This document shows, one piece after another, positions 9,936-20,129 of a stretch of 64,000 nt of DNA. Below the pieces are notes generated by a model. The model was not told where the DNA came from. It ran no database searches and saw nothing but the letters and a program-made list of their open reading frames with translations. Every line of letters begins with the position of its first letter. Position 1 is the first letter of the stretch. This stretch comes from Sulfurimonadaceae bacterium (GTDB lineage Bacteria > Campylobacterota > Campylobacteria > Campylobacterales > Sulfurimonadaceae), in the NCBI GenBank assembly GCA_041571435.1, contig JBFFUI010000001.1, positions 83,506 through 147,505 of the forward strand, read 5' to 3'. Made by a program: the position numbers and the translations under genes.

Positions 9936-11570
9936 TTAGGCGATCGCAGTGAGGACAATCTCTTTGGCTTCGTCCTGTATCTGTTTGAGATGCTCGGCCG
10001 AGATGAAACTCTCCGCATAGATCTTGTAGATATCTTCTGTTCCGGAGGGGCGTGCAGCGAACCAGCCGTTGTCGGTCGTCACCTTCAGACCGCCTATCTT
10101 TGCACCGTTGCCGCTTGCTTCGATATATTTCCCGACAATGGTCTCGCCTGCAAGTGTTGTCGAGCTGACATTTTCGGCAGAGAGGTTCTTTAGTTTTGCT
10201 TTCTGCTCCGGTGTTGCAGCGGCATCGATACGGGCGTAGTAGGATTGCCCGAACTCGTTTTCGAACCCTTGGTAGATCTCGCCCGGGTCTTTTTTGGTCA
10301 CGGCTTTGATCTCGGCGGCAAGCAGGTTGAGGATGATGCCGTCTTTGTCCGTCGACCAGACGCTCCCGTTCTGACGAAGAAATGAGGCACCCGCACTCTC
10401 TTCGCCGCCGAAACCGAGACTGCCGTCATATAGACCCTCTACAAACCATTTAAACCCTACCGGCACCTCATATACCTCTTTACCTAGCGAATGGACCACA
10501 CGGTCTATCATAGAGCTCGAGACAAGGGTCTTTCCGATACGAAGGTCGTCACGCCACTGCTTACGGTGACTGAAGAGGTACCAGATGGCAACCGAGAGGT
10601 AGTGGTTGGGGTTCATCAGTCCGGCACTCGGTGTCACGATACCGTGACGGTCAAAGTCCGGATCGTTGGCAAAGGCGATATCGTACTTCTCTTTCAGGGA
10701 GATCAGTGAGGCCATGGCATAGGGTGAAGAGCAATCCATGCGGATCTTGCCGTCATGGTCGCAGCTCATAAAACCGAAGGTCGGGTCGACATGCTCATTG
10801 ACGATCTCCATGTCGAGACCGTAGACCTCTTTGATCTTTTGGTAGACCGCGATGCCTGAGCCGCCCATCGGATCAACACCGATGCGCAGGTTTGAAGCCT
10901 TGATGGCCTCAATGTCCACGATGCTCTCCAGCGCACGGACATACGGGGTGATAAAATCGAACTCTTCGATCAGGTCGCTCGCCATCGCCTCATCCAATGA
11001 CACCTTCTTGACCTCATCAAGGCCGTTGGCCAGGATCTCATTGGCACGCTTTTCAATGACAGAGGTGACATCCGTGTCTGCAGGGCCGCCGTTGGGCGGG
11101 TTGTATTTAAAGCCACCATCGCTCGGAGGGTTATGCGAAGGGGTGATGACAACGCCGTCGCTCATGACCGATGTGCCTTTATTGGCTTCAAGGATGGTAA
11201 ACGAGATCAGCGGTGTCGGGGTGTATTCGTCATCTTCGGCGATCTTGCAGCTGACCCCATTGGCAACACAGACCTGGATCGTACTCAGCTGCGCCGGTGT
11301 AGAGAGGGCATGGGTGTCTTTACCGATAAAGAGCGTTCCGGTGATGCCTGCCGACTTTCGGTACTCGCACACGGCCTGGGTAATGGCGAAGATGTGCGCT
11401 TCATTAAAACTCTTCTTGGCCGCACTCCCCCGGTGCCCAGAGGTACCAAAAGCGACCTTCTGCGTGCTGATGCCGGCATCCGGCTGTTGCATGTAGTACG
11501 AAGCGATAAGCTTGGGAATGTCTTCCAAGATGCTTTTAGGGGCTTTCCGCCCAGAGTGTGCATGCGCCAT
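9936..11570 (-). CDS. pgm: Phosphoglucomutase (alpha-D-glucose phosphate-specific, E. coli Pgm type)
   Basis: [36 protein letters not shown]. Confidence 0.95.
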   Translation of the reverse strand: MAHAHSGRKAPKSILEDIPKLIASYYMQQPDAGISTQKVAFGTSGHRGSAAKKSFNEAHIFAITQAVCEYRKSAGITGTLFIGKDTHALSTPAQLSTIQVCVANGVSCKIAEDDEYTPTPLISFTILEANKGTSVMSDGVVITPSHNPPSDGGFKYNPPNGGPADTDVTSVIEKRANEILANGLDEVKKVSLDEAMASDLIEEFDFITPYVRALESIVDIEAIKASNLRIGVDPMGGSGIAVYQKIKEVYGLDMEIVNEHVDPTFGFMSCDHDGKIRMDCSSPYAMASLISLKEKYDIAFANDPDFDRHGIVTPSAGLMNPNHYLSVAIWYLFSHRKQWRDDLRIGKTLVSSSMIDRVVHSLGKEVYEVPVGFKWFVEGLYDGSLGFGGEESAGASFLRQNGSVWSTDKDGIILNLLAAEIKAVTKKDPGEIYQGFENEFGQSYYARIDAAATPEQKAKLKNLSAENVSSTTLAGETIVGKYIEASGNGAKIGGLKVTTDNGWFAARPSGTEDIYKIYAESFISAEHLKQIQDEAKEIVLTAIA

Positions 11571-11702
11571 TTTTATCCTTTTCAGTGTGTATATTGGGAT
11601 ATGCTTTTGATATCATAATCAAAAGTACATTTCAATCGACACAAATATCCTCCTTTATGCAGATGCATAAAAGATTGACGTGTCATATACGGTGAACTCC
11701 GT

Positions 11703-12326
11703 TTATTTCAAGACTGACAGTGCCTCTTTCGCCAGTGCGGTGATCTGTCCAAAATCCTGACGAACAATGGCCTCTTTCGGAACGATCCAGCTGCCGCCGA
11801 CACAGAGAACATTCTTCAGGGCCAAATAGTCCTTCATATTGTCCAGGCTGATACCGCCTGTCGGGCAGAAACGCATCTCGCTGAAAGGGCCACTGAAGGC
11901 CTTGAGCGTTGCAAGGCCGCCGACGGCAGTTGCCGGAAAGAGTTTTGCCTGCATCAAGCCGCTGTTTTGTGCAAGCATCACTTCGGAGGCGGTCGCCACC
12001 CCGGGGATAAAGGCGATTTTCTGGGCTTTGGCGCTCTCTATGAGCGCTTCGCTGATACCGGGGCTGAAGAGAAAAGCGGAACCGTGCTCGACCGCTTTTT
12101 TCAGATCGGCAGGGTTACAGACGGTTCCGGCACCGACATACATCTCGGGCATCGTTTTGGCAATAGCTTCTATCGCCTTCAGACCAGCCGGTGTACGCAA
12201 AGTGACCTCCATGATCTTGATGCCTCCTTCCAGAAGCGCTTCCGCCAGGGGCAGGGCATCTTTTTCTTCATCGATGGCGATGACCGGGACGATAGGCGAT
12301 ATTTTCATGACATCCAAAGCATTCAT
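11703..12326 (-). CDS. eda: KDPG/KHG aldolase
   Basis: EVTLRT, GAGTV, KLFPA, FCPTGGI, CVGGSW. Confidence 0.95.
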   Translation of the reverse strand: MNALDVMKISPIVPVIAIDEEKDALPLAEALLEGGIKIMEVTLRTPAGLKAIEAIAKTMPEMYVGAGTVCNPADLKKAVEHGSAFLFSPGISEALIESAKAQKIAFIPGVATASEVMLAQNSGLMQAKLFPATAVGGLATLKAFSGPFSEMRFCPTGGISLDNMKDYLALKNVLCVGGSWIVPKEAIVRQDFGQITALAKEALSVLK

Positions 12327-14152
12327 GCGCGCTCCTTGCCGGGTAGATCGAAAATGGCCGCACCCTCTTCCGCAGGGCCGACATTTTGCCGAATTGTCAC
12401 AAAAAGTTCACGGCCGAAACCGTGCCGGTTGCCGCTGAAATCGACAGGGCTGACACTGCGTCCTGCCAGCGTTGCTTCATCGACCAGAAGCGTTATTTCG
12501 CCCTTTTCTATATCCAGCCGTATCCTATCGCCACTCTGCACCTTGGCGATCAGACCGCCCTCTTCGGCTTCAGGCGTAAGATGTATCGCTGAAGGCACCT
12601 TCCCTGAAGCACCGGACATGCGCCCGTCGGTGATGATGGCCACCTTGAACCCTTTGTCCTGAAGAACGCCGAGCGGCGGCATCAGGCCATGCAGTTCCGG
12701 CATACCGTTGGCCTTCGGTCCCTGGTAGCGAACGACGGCGATAAAATCGCGTTCAAGTTCCCCCGCTTTAAAGGCCTCTTGAAGCGACTGCTGAGATTCA
12801 AAGACAATAGCCGGTGCTTCGATATAGTGTTGCGATGCTTTTAGTGCCGAAGTTTTTATAACACTCCGGCCGATACTCCCTTTCAGAAGTTTCAGCCCGC
12901 CCTCTTCACTGAATGGTGTGGCACTGCTAGAGACGACACTCTCGTCGCGCGACACTTTCGGTCCCTTTAAAAAAGTAAGTGAGCCGGATTCAAGCATCGG
13001 TTCGACGATATAATTGTGCAGTCCTTTGCCGACAATGGTCTCGACGTCGTCATGCAGAAGCCCTGCTTCCAGAAGCTGGCTGATGACAACGCTCATACCG
13101 CCCGCGTCCCTGAAATGGTTGACATCGGCCTGCCCGTTCGGATACATCCTGCAGAGCAGCGGTGTCACCTTGGAGATGGCGTCAAAATCATCCCAGTTCA
13201 AGATAATTCCCGCAGCTTTGGCCATGGCAATGAGATGAATCGTATGATTCGTCGAGCCGCCTGTGGCCATCAGACCGACGATTGCATTGACGAAACTTCT
13301 TTCATCGATAGTCTGACCGATCGGTTTATACTTTCCGGAGACCTCAGTCATACCTACAATACGCTTTGCAGCATCCTGAGTAAGGGCATCACGCAGCGCG
13401 GTATTGGTGTTGACAAAAGAGCTGTTTGGCAGCTGCAGTCCCATCATCTCGAGAAGCATCTGGTTAGAGTTTGCCGTACCGTAAAAGGTACAGGTCCCGC
13501 TGCTGTGGTAGGCGGCGGACTCGGCTTTGAGCAGTGTCCCTTCGCTCACTTTACCCTGCGCGAACTCCTGTCGGATCTTGGACTTTTCACTGTTTGAGAT
13601 CCCCGATGGCATAGGCCCTGCGGGCACAAAAACAGCCGGCAGGTGCCCAAAAGAGAGTGCTCCGATCAGCAGACCCGGTACGATCTTGTCGCAGACCCCA
13701 AGGTAGAGGGCCCCGTCATAGACGTTGTGCGAGAGGGCGATGGCGGCCCCCATTGCGATGTTGTCACGGCTGAAGAGGCTGAGCTCCATTCCCGGCTGGG
13801 ACTGTGTCACACCATCGCACATCGCCGGTACACCGCCGGCGACCTGAGCAGTAGCGCCGACATCCATCAGGGCCCGTTTGATCAACGGCGGATAGAGCTT
13901 GTAAGGTTCATGCGCCGAGAGCATATCGTTATAGGCGGTGACAATAGCAATGTTTGGCGCCACATTATGAGAAAGGGCATCTTTCTCCTGAGCGTCCATC
14001 GGGGCCATCGCGTGGGCCAGGTTGCTGCAGCCAAGCATGCCTCTGTTGACGCCGTGCGCCTGTGCAGCTGTGATCCGCGCTTTATATATGGCACGACTCT
14101 CTTGTGAACGGGTAATGATAGCCTCGGTGACTTTTACGATTATCTCATTCAT
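12323..14152 (-). CDS. edd: 6-phosphogluconate dehydratase
   Basis: CSNLAH, YNDMLSAH, AMCDGVTQ, CDKIVPG, GMPELH, TDGRMSGASGKVP. Confidence 0.97.
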   Translation of the reverse strand: MNEIIVKVTEAIITRSQESRAIYKARITAAQAHGVNRGMLGCSNLAHAMAPMDAQEKDALSHNVAPNIAIVTAYNDMLSAHEPYKLYPPLIKRALMDVGATAQVAGGVPAMCDGVTQSQPGMELSLFSRDNIAMGAAIALSHNVYDGALYLGVCDKIVPGLLIGALSFGHLPAVFVPAGPMPSGISNSEKSKIRQEFAQGKVSEGTLLKAESAAYHSSGTCTFYGTANSNQMLLEMMGLQLPNSSFVNTNTALRDALTQDAAKRIVGMTEVSGKYKPIGQTIDERSFVNAIVGLMATGGSTNHTIHLIAMAKAAGIILNWDDFDAISKVTPLLCRMYPNGQADVNHFRDAGGMSVVISQLLEAGLLHDDVETIVGKGLHNYIVEPMLESGSLTFLKGPKVSRDESVVSSSATPFSEEGGLKLLKGSIGRSVIKTSALKASQHYIEAPAIVFESQQSLQEAFKAGELERDFIAVVRYQGPKANGMPELHGLMPPLGVLQDKGFKVAIITDGRMSGASGKVPSAIHLTPEAEEGGLIAKVQSGDRIRLDIEKGEITLLVDEATLAGRSVSPVDFSGNRHGFGRELFVTIRQNVGPAEEGAAIFDLPGKERA

Positions 14153-14844
14153 CGGAAATAGACCTTTACATCAGTGACATCTTGCTGCAAGATGGAGCGG
14201 ATCGGAAGTATGTGCATATCGTCACCTTGGATCGCCTCATTATAAACGACCCGTTTCTCTTGACCCTCAAAGTGAAGATAAAGATGTTTGGCACTTAAAA
14301 TAGCCGCACGTGTCAGACTCATCCGCTCATGAGGCGCAGTTGTCGGTTTAATTGCAATACAGAGACTGCTGTTATGAAGGTCAAGCGCTTCATCGAGTCT
14401 TTCGTTACCGGGGAAAAGAGAGGCAGTGTGGCCATCTGTCCCCATACCAAGTATGACAACATCGAAAGGATAGAGCTCTTTTTCAAGCGTCTCGGTACAC
14501 TCTTTCTGCGCCGCATCTGGTGAGACGCCCTCACGATACATCCCGATGAAACGGGCTTTGGCTGCATTATCCTGAAGGAGATGTGCTTTGACAAACTGTT
14601 CGTTGCTGTCTTGATGATCGGAGGGGACCCACCGCTCATCGCAAAGACCGATAGAGACCTGTTCCCACGGCAGGTCAATACAGCGAAGTTTCTCGAAGAG
14701 CGGTTTCGGGGTGCTTCCTCCGGAGACAAGCAGCGATGCTTTTCCATTGCGGCGGATCGCTTCGACAAGGTCTTTGGCGATCTGCCCGCTCAGGTCATCA
14801 ATCAGCTCGCATTGTGTCGTAAAGGCATGCACATACTTACTCAT
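14149..14844 (-). CDS. pgl: 6-phosphogluconolactonase
   Basis: SGGSTP, DERWV, LGMGTDGHTASLFP; ATG at 14844 overlaps the zwf end. Confidence 0.95.
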   Translation of the reverse strand: MSKYVHAFTTQCELIDDLSGQIAKDLVEAIRRNGKASLLVSGGSTPKPLFEKLRCIDLPWEQVSIGLCDERWVPSDHQDSNEQFVKAHLLQDNAAKARFIGMYREGVSPDAAQKECTETLEKELYPFDVVILGMGTDGHTASLFPGNERLDEALDLHNSSLCIAIKPTTAPHERMSLTRAAILSAKHLYLHFEGQEKRVVYNEAIQGDDMHILPIRSILQQDVTDVKVYFR

Positions 14845-16300
14845 CGTGCCAGCTCCTTCCATCCCTTGCTATAAGCTGGATCGAGGCACTCGGGCCATCG
14901 GTTCCGGCCGTATAGCTCTTCATCGGAGTCAGGTTTTCAGCCCACCCTTCGATGATCCTGTCCGCCCACTTCCAGGCGGCCTCAACTTCATCAAGACGCA
15001 TGAACAGTGTCGGATTGGCACGGATAACATCCAGCAGCAGACGCTCATAGGCCTCGGGTTTACGGAGACTGTTCATCGGGGCATTAAGATCAAGCTCCAC
15101 CTGCTGAAGGCGCATCGTCTCGCTTAGCCCCGGTATCTTGTTCATCAGTTTGAGACGGATACTCTCTTTGGGCTGCAGTGTGATGACCAGTTGGTTTTCT
15201 GAAATGCAGGCACCATTGTTTGCAAAGATAGAGTGCGGCATGGTCTTAAACTGGATCACGATCTCGGAATTACGCTGACGCATCCGCTTGCCGCTTCTGA
15301 TATAGAAAGGGACCCCGTTCCAGCGCCAGTTGTCGATGTCGACACGCAAGGCGGCGAAGGTCTCCGTCGTACTGTTCTCAACCCCTTCGCCTTCAAGATA
15401 GCCCGGGACCGGTTCACCGTTGCTTGATCCTCGTGTGTACTGGGCGCGGACACTTTTCTGCTCAATATCTGCCGGCGACATGGCACGCAGTGAACGCAGG
15501 ACCTTTACCTTTTCATCACGAACGCTGTCCGCTTCGAGCGAACAAGGGGGCTCCATAGCAATAAGACAGAGCAGCTGCATCAGGTGGTTCTGTATCATAT
15601 CGCGCATCGCACCGTATTCGTCATAGTAGCCCCAGCGTCCTTCGACACCGACACTCTCTGCCACCGTGATCTGTATATGGTCGATGTTGTTGGAGTCCCA
15701 CAACGGCATAAAAAAACGGTTGGAAAAACGCAGGGCCATGATGTTTTGAACGGTGTCCTTGCCGAGATAATGGTCAATGCGGTAGACCTGACTCTCCTCA
15801 AAATAGTTCAGGACCTCTTCGTTGATAATGTGCGATGACTTAAGATCCCGGCCGATCGGTTTTTCAAGCACGACACGGCTATGCGGGGTAATGAGATCCC
15901 AATGGCTGAGCGCCTTGCAGATAGTCCCGAAAAAATCCGGCGATGTAGAGAGATAGTTGACACGTTCACGCTCGGAGTATTCATCCAGAAGCGTCTTCAG
16001 CCCTTGATAACTTGAAAAGTCAGCAAAATTGACAGCATGAACGCGAAGCCGCTGCTGAAAGGCCTCGAACTTCGCGTCATCGAATTCCCCCTCAGGTAGG
16101 AACTCCAGGAGTTTTGACTTGACCAGCGCAATATGCTCACTCTCGTCCATAACGTCACGGCTTAAGGTGATGATGCGCGAATTGGCGTTGAGATAACCGT
16201 CACTGTAGAGGAAATAGAGTGCCGGCAGCAGCTTGCGAAATGCCAGATCGCCGTGCCCTCCAAAGATCATGATGTCACAAAGGTTTTCTAATTCACTCAT
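14837..16300 (-). CDS. zwf: Glucose-6-phosphate 1-dehydrogenase
   Basis: GDLAFRKLLP, EKPIG, YRIDHYLGK, RDMIQNHL, RWNGVPFY. Confidence 0.97.
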   Translation of the reverse strand: MSELENLCDIMIFGGHGDLAFRKLLPALYFLYSDGYLNANSRIITLSRDVMDESEHIALVKSKLLEFLPEGEFDDAKFEAFQQRLRVHAVNFADFSSYQGLKTLLDEYSERERVNYLSTSPDFFGTICKALSHWDLITPHSRVVLEKPIGRDLKSSHIINEEVLNYFEESQVYRIDHYLGKDTVQNIMALRFSNRFFMPLWDSNNIDHIQITVAESVGVEGRWGYYDEYGAMRDMIQNHLMQLLCLIAMEPPCSLEADSVRDEKVKVLRSLRAMSPADIEQKSVRAQYTRGSSNGEPVPGYLEGEGVENSTTETFAALRVDIDNWRWNGVPFYIRSGKRMRQRNSEIVIQFKTMPHSIFANNGACISENQLVITLQPKESIRLKLMNKIPGLSETMRLQQVELDLNAPMNSLRKPEAYERLLLDVIRANPTLFMRLDEVEAAWKWADRIIEGWAENLTPMKSYTAGTDGPSASIQLIARDGRSWHDE

Positions 16301-16331
16301 ACCTGTCTGCCTTTTTTGCCCCTGTTAAGAG

Positions 16332-17159
16332 TTACTGTTTTTCCAATTTATAAAAGTAGTTGGTCGCTTCCACAAAACCGTCTACGCTCCCGCAGTCAAA
16401 ACGTTTGCCTTTGAACTTATAGGCGATGACCATGCCATTTTTCGCCTGTGCGCAGAGCGCATCGGTAATCTGAAGTTCGCCATTTTTACCCGGTTTCGTA
16501 TTTTCGATGACCTTGAAGATGTCCGGTGACAGGATATAACGGCCGATGACAGCAAGATTGGTCGGCGCTTTGTCAATGTCAGGTTTTTCGACCATATTGG
16601 AGACCATATAGACACCATCTTCGATCATGTTTCCTTCGATGACGCCGTACTTGTGCACCTCTTCCATCGGGACCTCCATGGTCGCGACGATACAGCATTT
16701 ATACTTGCTGTAGAGGTCTACCATCTGTTTTAAGACACCGTCGCCGTCGGGGTTGACACAGAGGTCATCTGCCAGAATAACAGCAAAAGGGTCCTGCTCG
16801 CCGACAAGGACTTTCCCTTTGTAGATCGCATCACCCAAGCCCTTCATCTCGTTTTGACGGGTATAGGTGAAGGTACATTTATCAATGATCTTGCGGATGT
16901 CTTCGAGAAGCGCCTCTTTAGATGACCCCTTGATCTGATGTTCAAGTTCATAGGAGATGTCAAAATGGTCGGTGATCGCCCGTTTTCCACGCCCCGTAAT
17001 CACCGACATGACATCACATCCGGCCTCCATCGCCTCTTCGACACCGTACTGGATAAGCGGTTTGGTCAGGACAGGCAGCATCTCTTTGGGCATTGCTTTG
17101 GTTGCAGGCAGGAACCGTGTTCCGTATCCTGCGGCCGGGAATAGACATTTTGTAATCAT
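16332..17159 (-). CDS. galU: UTP--glucose-1-phosphate uridylyltransferase
   Basis: PAAGYGTRFLPATKAMPKEMLP, VEKP, ELQITDA. Confidence 0.96.
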   Translation of the reverse strand: MITKCLFPAAGYGTRFLPATKAMPKEMLPVLTKPLIQYGVEEAMEAGCDVMSVITGRGKRAITDHFDISYELEHQIKGSSKEALLEDIRKIIDKCTFTYTRQNEMKGLGDAIYKGKVLVGEQDPFAVILADDLCVNPDGDGVLKQMVDLYSKYKCCIVATMEVPMEEVHKYGVIEGNMIEDGVYMVSNMVEKPDIDKAPTNLAVIGRYILSPDIFKVIENTKPGKNGELQITDALCAQAKNGMVIAYKFKGKRFDCGSVDGFVEATNYFYKLEKQ

Positions 17160-17202
17160 TGATTTTCCTTTTGTTGTTGTGTTTTTGGCGTTATATTACG
17201 CA

Positions 17203-18921
17203 TCAGTGTTTACCTTTAAGCCACATCATCTGATAGGGTTGAAGAGTGATCTCTCTTGTCTCGTCCAATGTAAACGAAGAGAGCAGATCATGCAGCGGAT
17301 CGATAAAATCGTCTGGAAGCTGCACCGTAACCTCCTCGTTCGAGAAGTTGTGCAGCACCACGATATATTCGCGATTATCACAGCATCGCTGGTCTATGAC
17401 AAAGAGGCGACTGTCAAGATCAAGAAATTGAAACGTTCCAAAGGGATTGAAGGCGTTTTCGTTTATGCGGATCGAGATTAGCCGTTTGTAACTGTCAAGC
17501 ATCGTCTTGGCAAGCGACCCCTGTTTTGAAAGCTCATTCTCCAGCCAATCGACATTGTACTTTTCACGGTTGATCGAACGGTTTATACCGGTGTGTTTCA
17601 CCCCGTCATGGTAGTTTCTCGAACCTACCAATGAGTGAAAGTAGATGCCCGGAACACCCGGCATGACCAAAACGGTTGCCTGTGCAAGCAGCATCCTTTT
17701 CAGACGCATCATGTCGTCTTCGTCGGGATGAGTCAGCGCATCGATGTAACTGCAGTTTAGTTCATACGGCGTTTCCGAGCCATCCTCTTCGGTCCTGTAG
17801 GAGACAAGACCGCCGTGCGACTCTATCGTCGAAACCAGATAATCGATCTCTTCGTCATTGAGGATCCCCTTGACCGGTCGCATACCGATGCCGTCATGAC
17901 TGGCGGTAAAGTTAAAAAAACAGACCTTGTCGCTCGGCAGAGTCAGGGTCTGCGCCCAGGAGGTCAAAGTTGACGTATCCCCATGCAAAATGGAGTGCAG
18001 CAGCAACGGCGGCAGCGCAAAGTTATAGACCATCTGCGCTTCGTCGTCCCCGCTTCCAAAATAAGAGACGTTCTCATGATGGGGGACATTGGTCTCCGTG
18101 ATGATAATCACCTCAGGCGCCACTTCGTGAAGCACCTCCCGCATCAGCTGGATGAGTTCATGTGTCTGCGGCAGATGCACACACTCGGTCCCGATCTCTT
18201 TCCAGATAAAAGCGATGGCATCAAGCCGGATAAGTGTCGCCCCTTTTTCGATGTAATAAAAGAGCGCATCAAGGACATTGCGCAGAACCCGGTGGTTCTT
18301 GTAATTCAGGTCGACCTGGTCCTTGCTGAACGTCGTCCAGATATTATGGATCTTGCCTTCATTATCGGTAAACTCGCTCAACAGCGGTGTCGCTCTGGGT
18401 CGGACAACCTTGCTGAGATCGGTCATAGGGTCCACTTCGATAAAAAAATCTCTAAAGTAGCTGTCACCGGAAAGGTAGGCTTTAAACCAGTCTGAAAACT
18501 GGGAGACATGGTTGATGACGCCGTCAACCATCAGACGATAATCGGCACCGATCGTTTCGATCTCGCGCCATGAGCCCATGTGCGGATCAACGGCACTGTA
18601 GTTGACGACCGAAAACCCGCTGTCAGACGAAGCCGGATAGAACGGCAGAATGTGCACCGAATTTATGACCCCATGCAGGTGATCCGTCATAAAGTCATAC
18701 AGTGTCTGCAATGAAGGTTCGTTAGCACGGTTCACCTGATCCCCATAAGTAATCAGGACAATATCTTTATGACTGAGATGATACTCGGTGGATACGATAC
18801 GCTGCTTGTATTTGAAAATAAGGTCGATAATATCGTTGACCGCTCGCTCCGCTACCTCGGGCGAATAAAGCTGGTGCAGACGCTTGTTTATGGTATGGTC
18901 TGGATCGGAGATATGTTTCAC
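17203..18921 (-). CDS. GH13_18 sugar phosphorylase, most likely glucosylglycerate phosphorylase
   Basis: LITYGD, HILPF, WTTFS, RLDA nucleophile, ITETN acid/base, ASHDGIG and PYELN loop; adjacent to gpgS. Confidence 0.85.
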   Translation of the reverse strand: MKHISDPDHTINKRLHQLYSPEVAERAVNDIIDLIFKYKQRIVSTEYHLSHKDIVLITYGDQVNRANEPSLQTLYDFMTDHLHGVINSVHILPFYPASSDSGFSVVNYSAVDPHMGSWREIETIGADYRLMVDGVINHVSQFSDWFKAYLSGDSYFRDFFIEVDPMTDLSKVVRPRATPLLSEFTDNEGKIHNIWTTFSKDQVDLNYKNHRVLRNVLDALFYYIEKGATLIRLDAIAFIWKEIGTECVHLPQTHELIQLMREVLHEVAPEVIIITETNVPHHENVSYFGSGDDEAQMVYNFALPPLLLHSILHGDTSTLTSWAQTLTLPSDKVCFFNFTASHDGIGMRPVKGILNDEEIDYLVSTIESHGGLVSYRTEEDGSETPYELNCSYIDALTHPDEDDMMRLKRMLLAQATVLVMPGVPGIYFHSLVGSRNYHDGVKHTGINRSINREKYNVDWLENELSKQGSLAKTMLDSYKRLISIRINENAFNPFGTFQFLDLDSRLFVIDQRCCDNREYIVVLHNFSNEEVTVQLPDDFIDPLHDLLSSFTLDETREITLQPYQMMWLKGKH

Positions 18922-20129
18922 GTATTATCCTTTTTAACATACTCGGAAAACTTTTCGGAAAATTCCGGCAGTACCGAACGGACGGTGATCCATGGCGAAA
19001 GCGCGGGGACGCCCATCGGATCCTGATAGAACTCCTCTGCCGCCTCTTTGATGGCACATTCAAATGCCTCAACCGCATTGATCTCTTTTTCCCGGTTATA
19101 TTTGAGTGCGTTGAGTTTGCTTAAGGCGTTGTATTTGGAGATCTCGAAACGCGACTCCTGAAAATAGGTGGCCAAAAGCGTTTTAAACGAGGCCTCAGAG
19201 AAGATAATACCCTCTTGCGCCAGGACGCGAAAGAGGGTCTTGGCAATATCATTTGCCATTTTATAGACACCGTCGCAGGAGTCCTGACTGCCGAGCTCCT
19301 GATGTTTGTGCTCGTAACTCTCCATAATCTCTGTCTGGCAGATACGTCTGTTGGAGGTGTTTTTATAGACTTCACTGAGTGTCGAGACCTCCAGTCCCCA
19401 TGTTGGCGAGATACCGATACCCCGTCCCAGCGAACGGATAAAGGCGAACTCTCCCGAAAGCGAGTAACGGAAGCTCTCCATGTAATCGAGGTACCGGTTG
19501 CTGCCGAACACTTTGACCAGCGAGTGCACAAGAGGCGAATAGAAGAGGCGTGTCACGCGTCCGTGAAGTTTGTCGGTGACACGGGAGTAAAAACCTTTAT
19601 TGAACTCAAAGTCCAAGGCCGGGTGGACAATAGGGAAAAAGAGTCTTGCAGGAACCTCGCGGGTGTAGTTGACAATATCACAGTCATGCAGTGCAAACGC
19701 ATACGCATCGACATCGGTCAGACCATACCCCAGCATAGTCCAGACGTTACGCCCCTTACCCGGTGTGTCAAGACCAGGAAACCCTTCACTGGTCAGTTGG
19801 GCATAGAGCTCTTGTATTCGCGGTCCGTCGTTCCACAGGACATCGACCTCACAAGGCAGGACCGACATCAGCTCTTTGACCTCTTCAAACTGCTCTTTCG
19901 TCGCACGATCAAGTCCAAGAATGATCTTGTAGAGGTAGGTCACCCCTTTAAGCTCTTCGATGATCCTGTACATAGCCGGGGTCTCAAACTCTGAGTAAAG
20001 GGCCGGAAGAAGAAGGACCATCCGCCGGCGTTTACCGTACTCTTTCAGCTCTAATTCCATCTCTTCGAGTGATCTGTCACCCAGTTTCTGCAATGTCGTA
20101 ATGACACCGTTTTGAAAAAAGTCAGCCAT
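18918..20129 (-). CDS. gpgS: Glucosyl-3-phosphoglycerate synthase (GT81)
   Basis: MADFFQNGVITTL N-terminus, GKGRNVW, HDCD, GRVTRL, WGLEV, YEHKHQ. Confidence 0.85.
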   Translation of the reverse strand: MADFFQNGVITTLQKLGDRSLEEMELELKEYGKRRRMVLLLPALYSEFETPAMYRIIEELKGVTYLYKIILGLDRATKEQFEEVKELMSVLPCEVDVLWNDGPRIQELYAQLTSEGFPGLDTPGKGRNVWTMLGYGLTDVDAYAFALHDCDIVNYTREVPARLFFPIVHPALDFEFNKGFYSRVTDKLHGRVTRLFYSPLVHSLVKVFGSNRYLDYMESFRYSLSGEFAFIRSLGRGIGISPTWGLEVSTLSEVYKNTSNRRICQTEIMESYEHKHQELGSQDSCDGVYKMANDIAKTLFRVLAQEGIIFSEASFKTLLATYFQESRFEISKYNALSKLNALKYNREKEINAVEAFECAIKEAAEEFYQDPMGVPALSPWITVRSVLPEFSEKFSEYVKKDNT

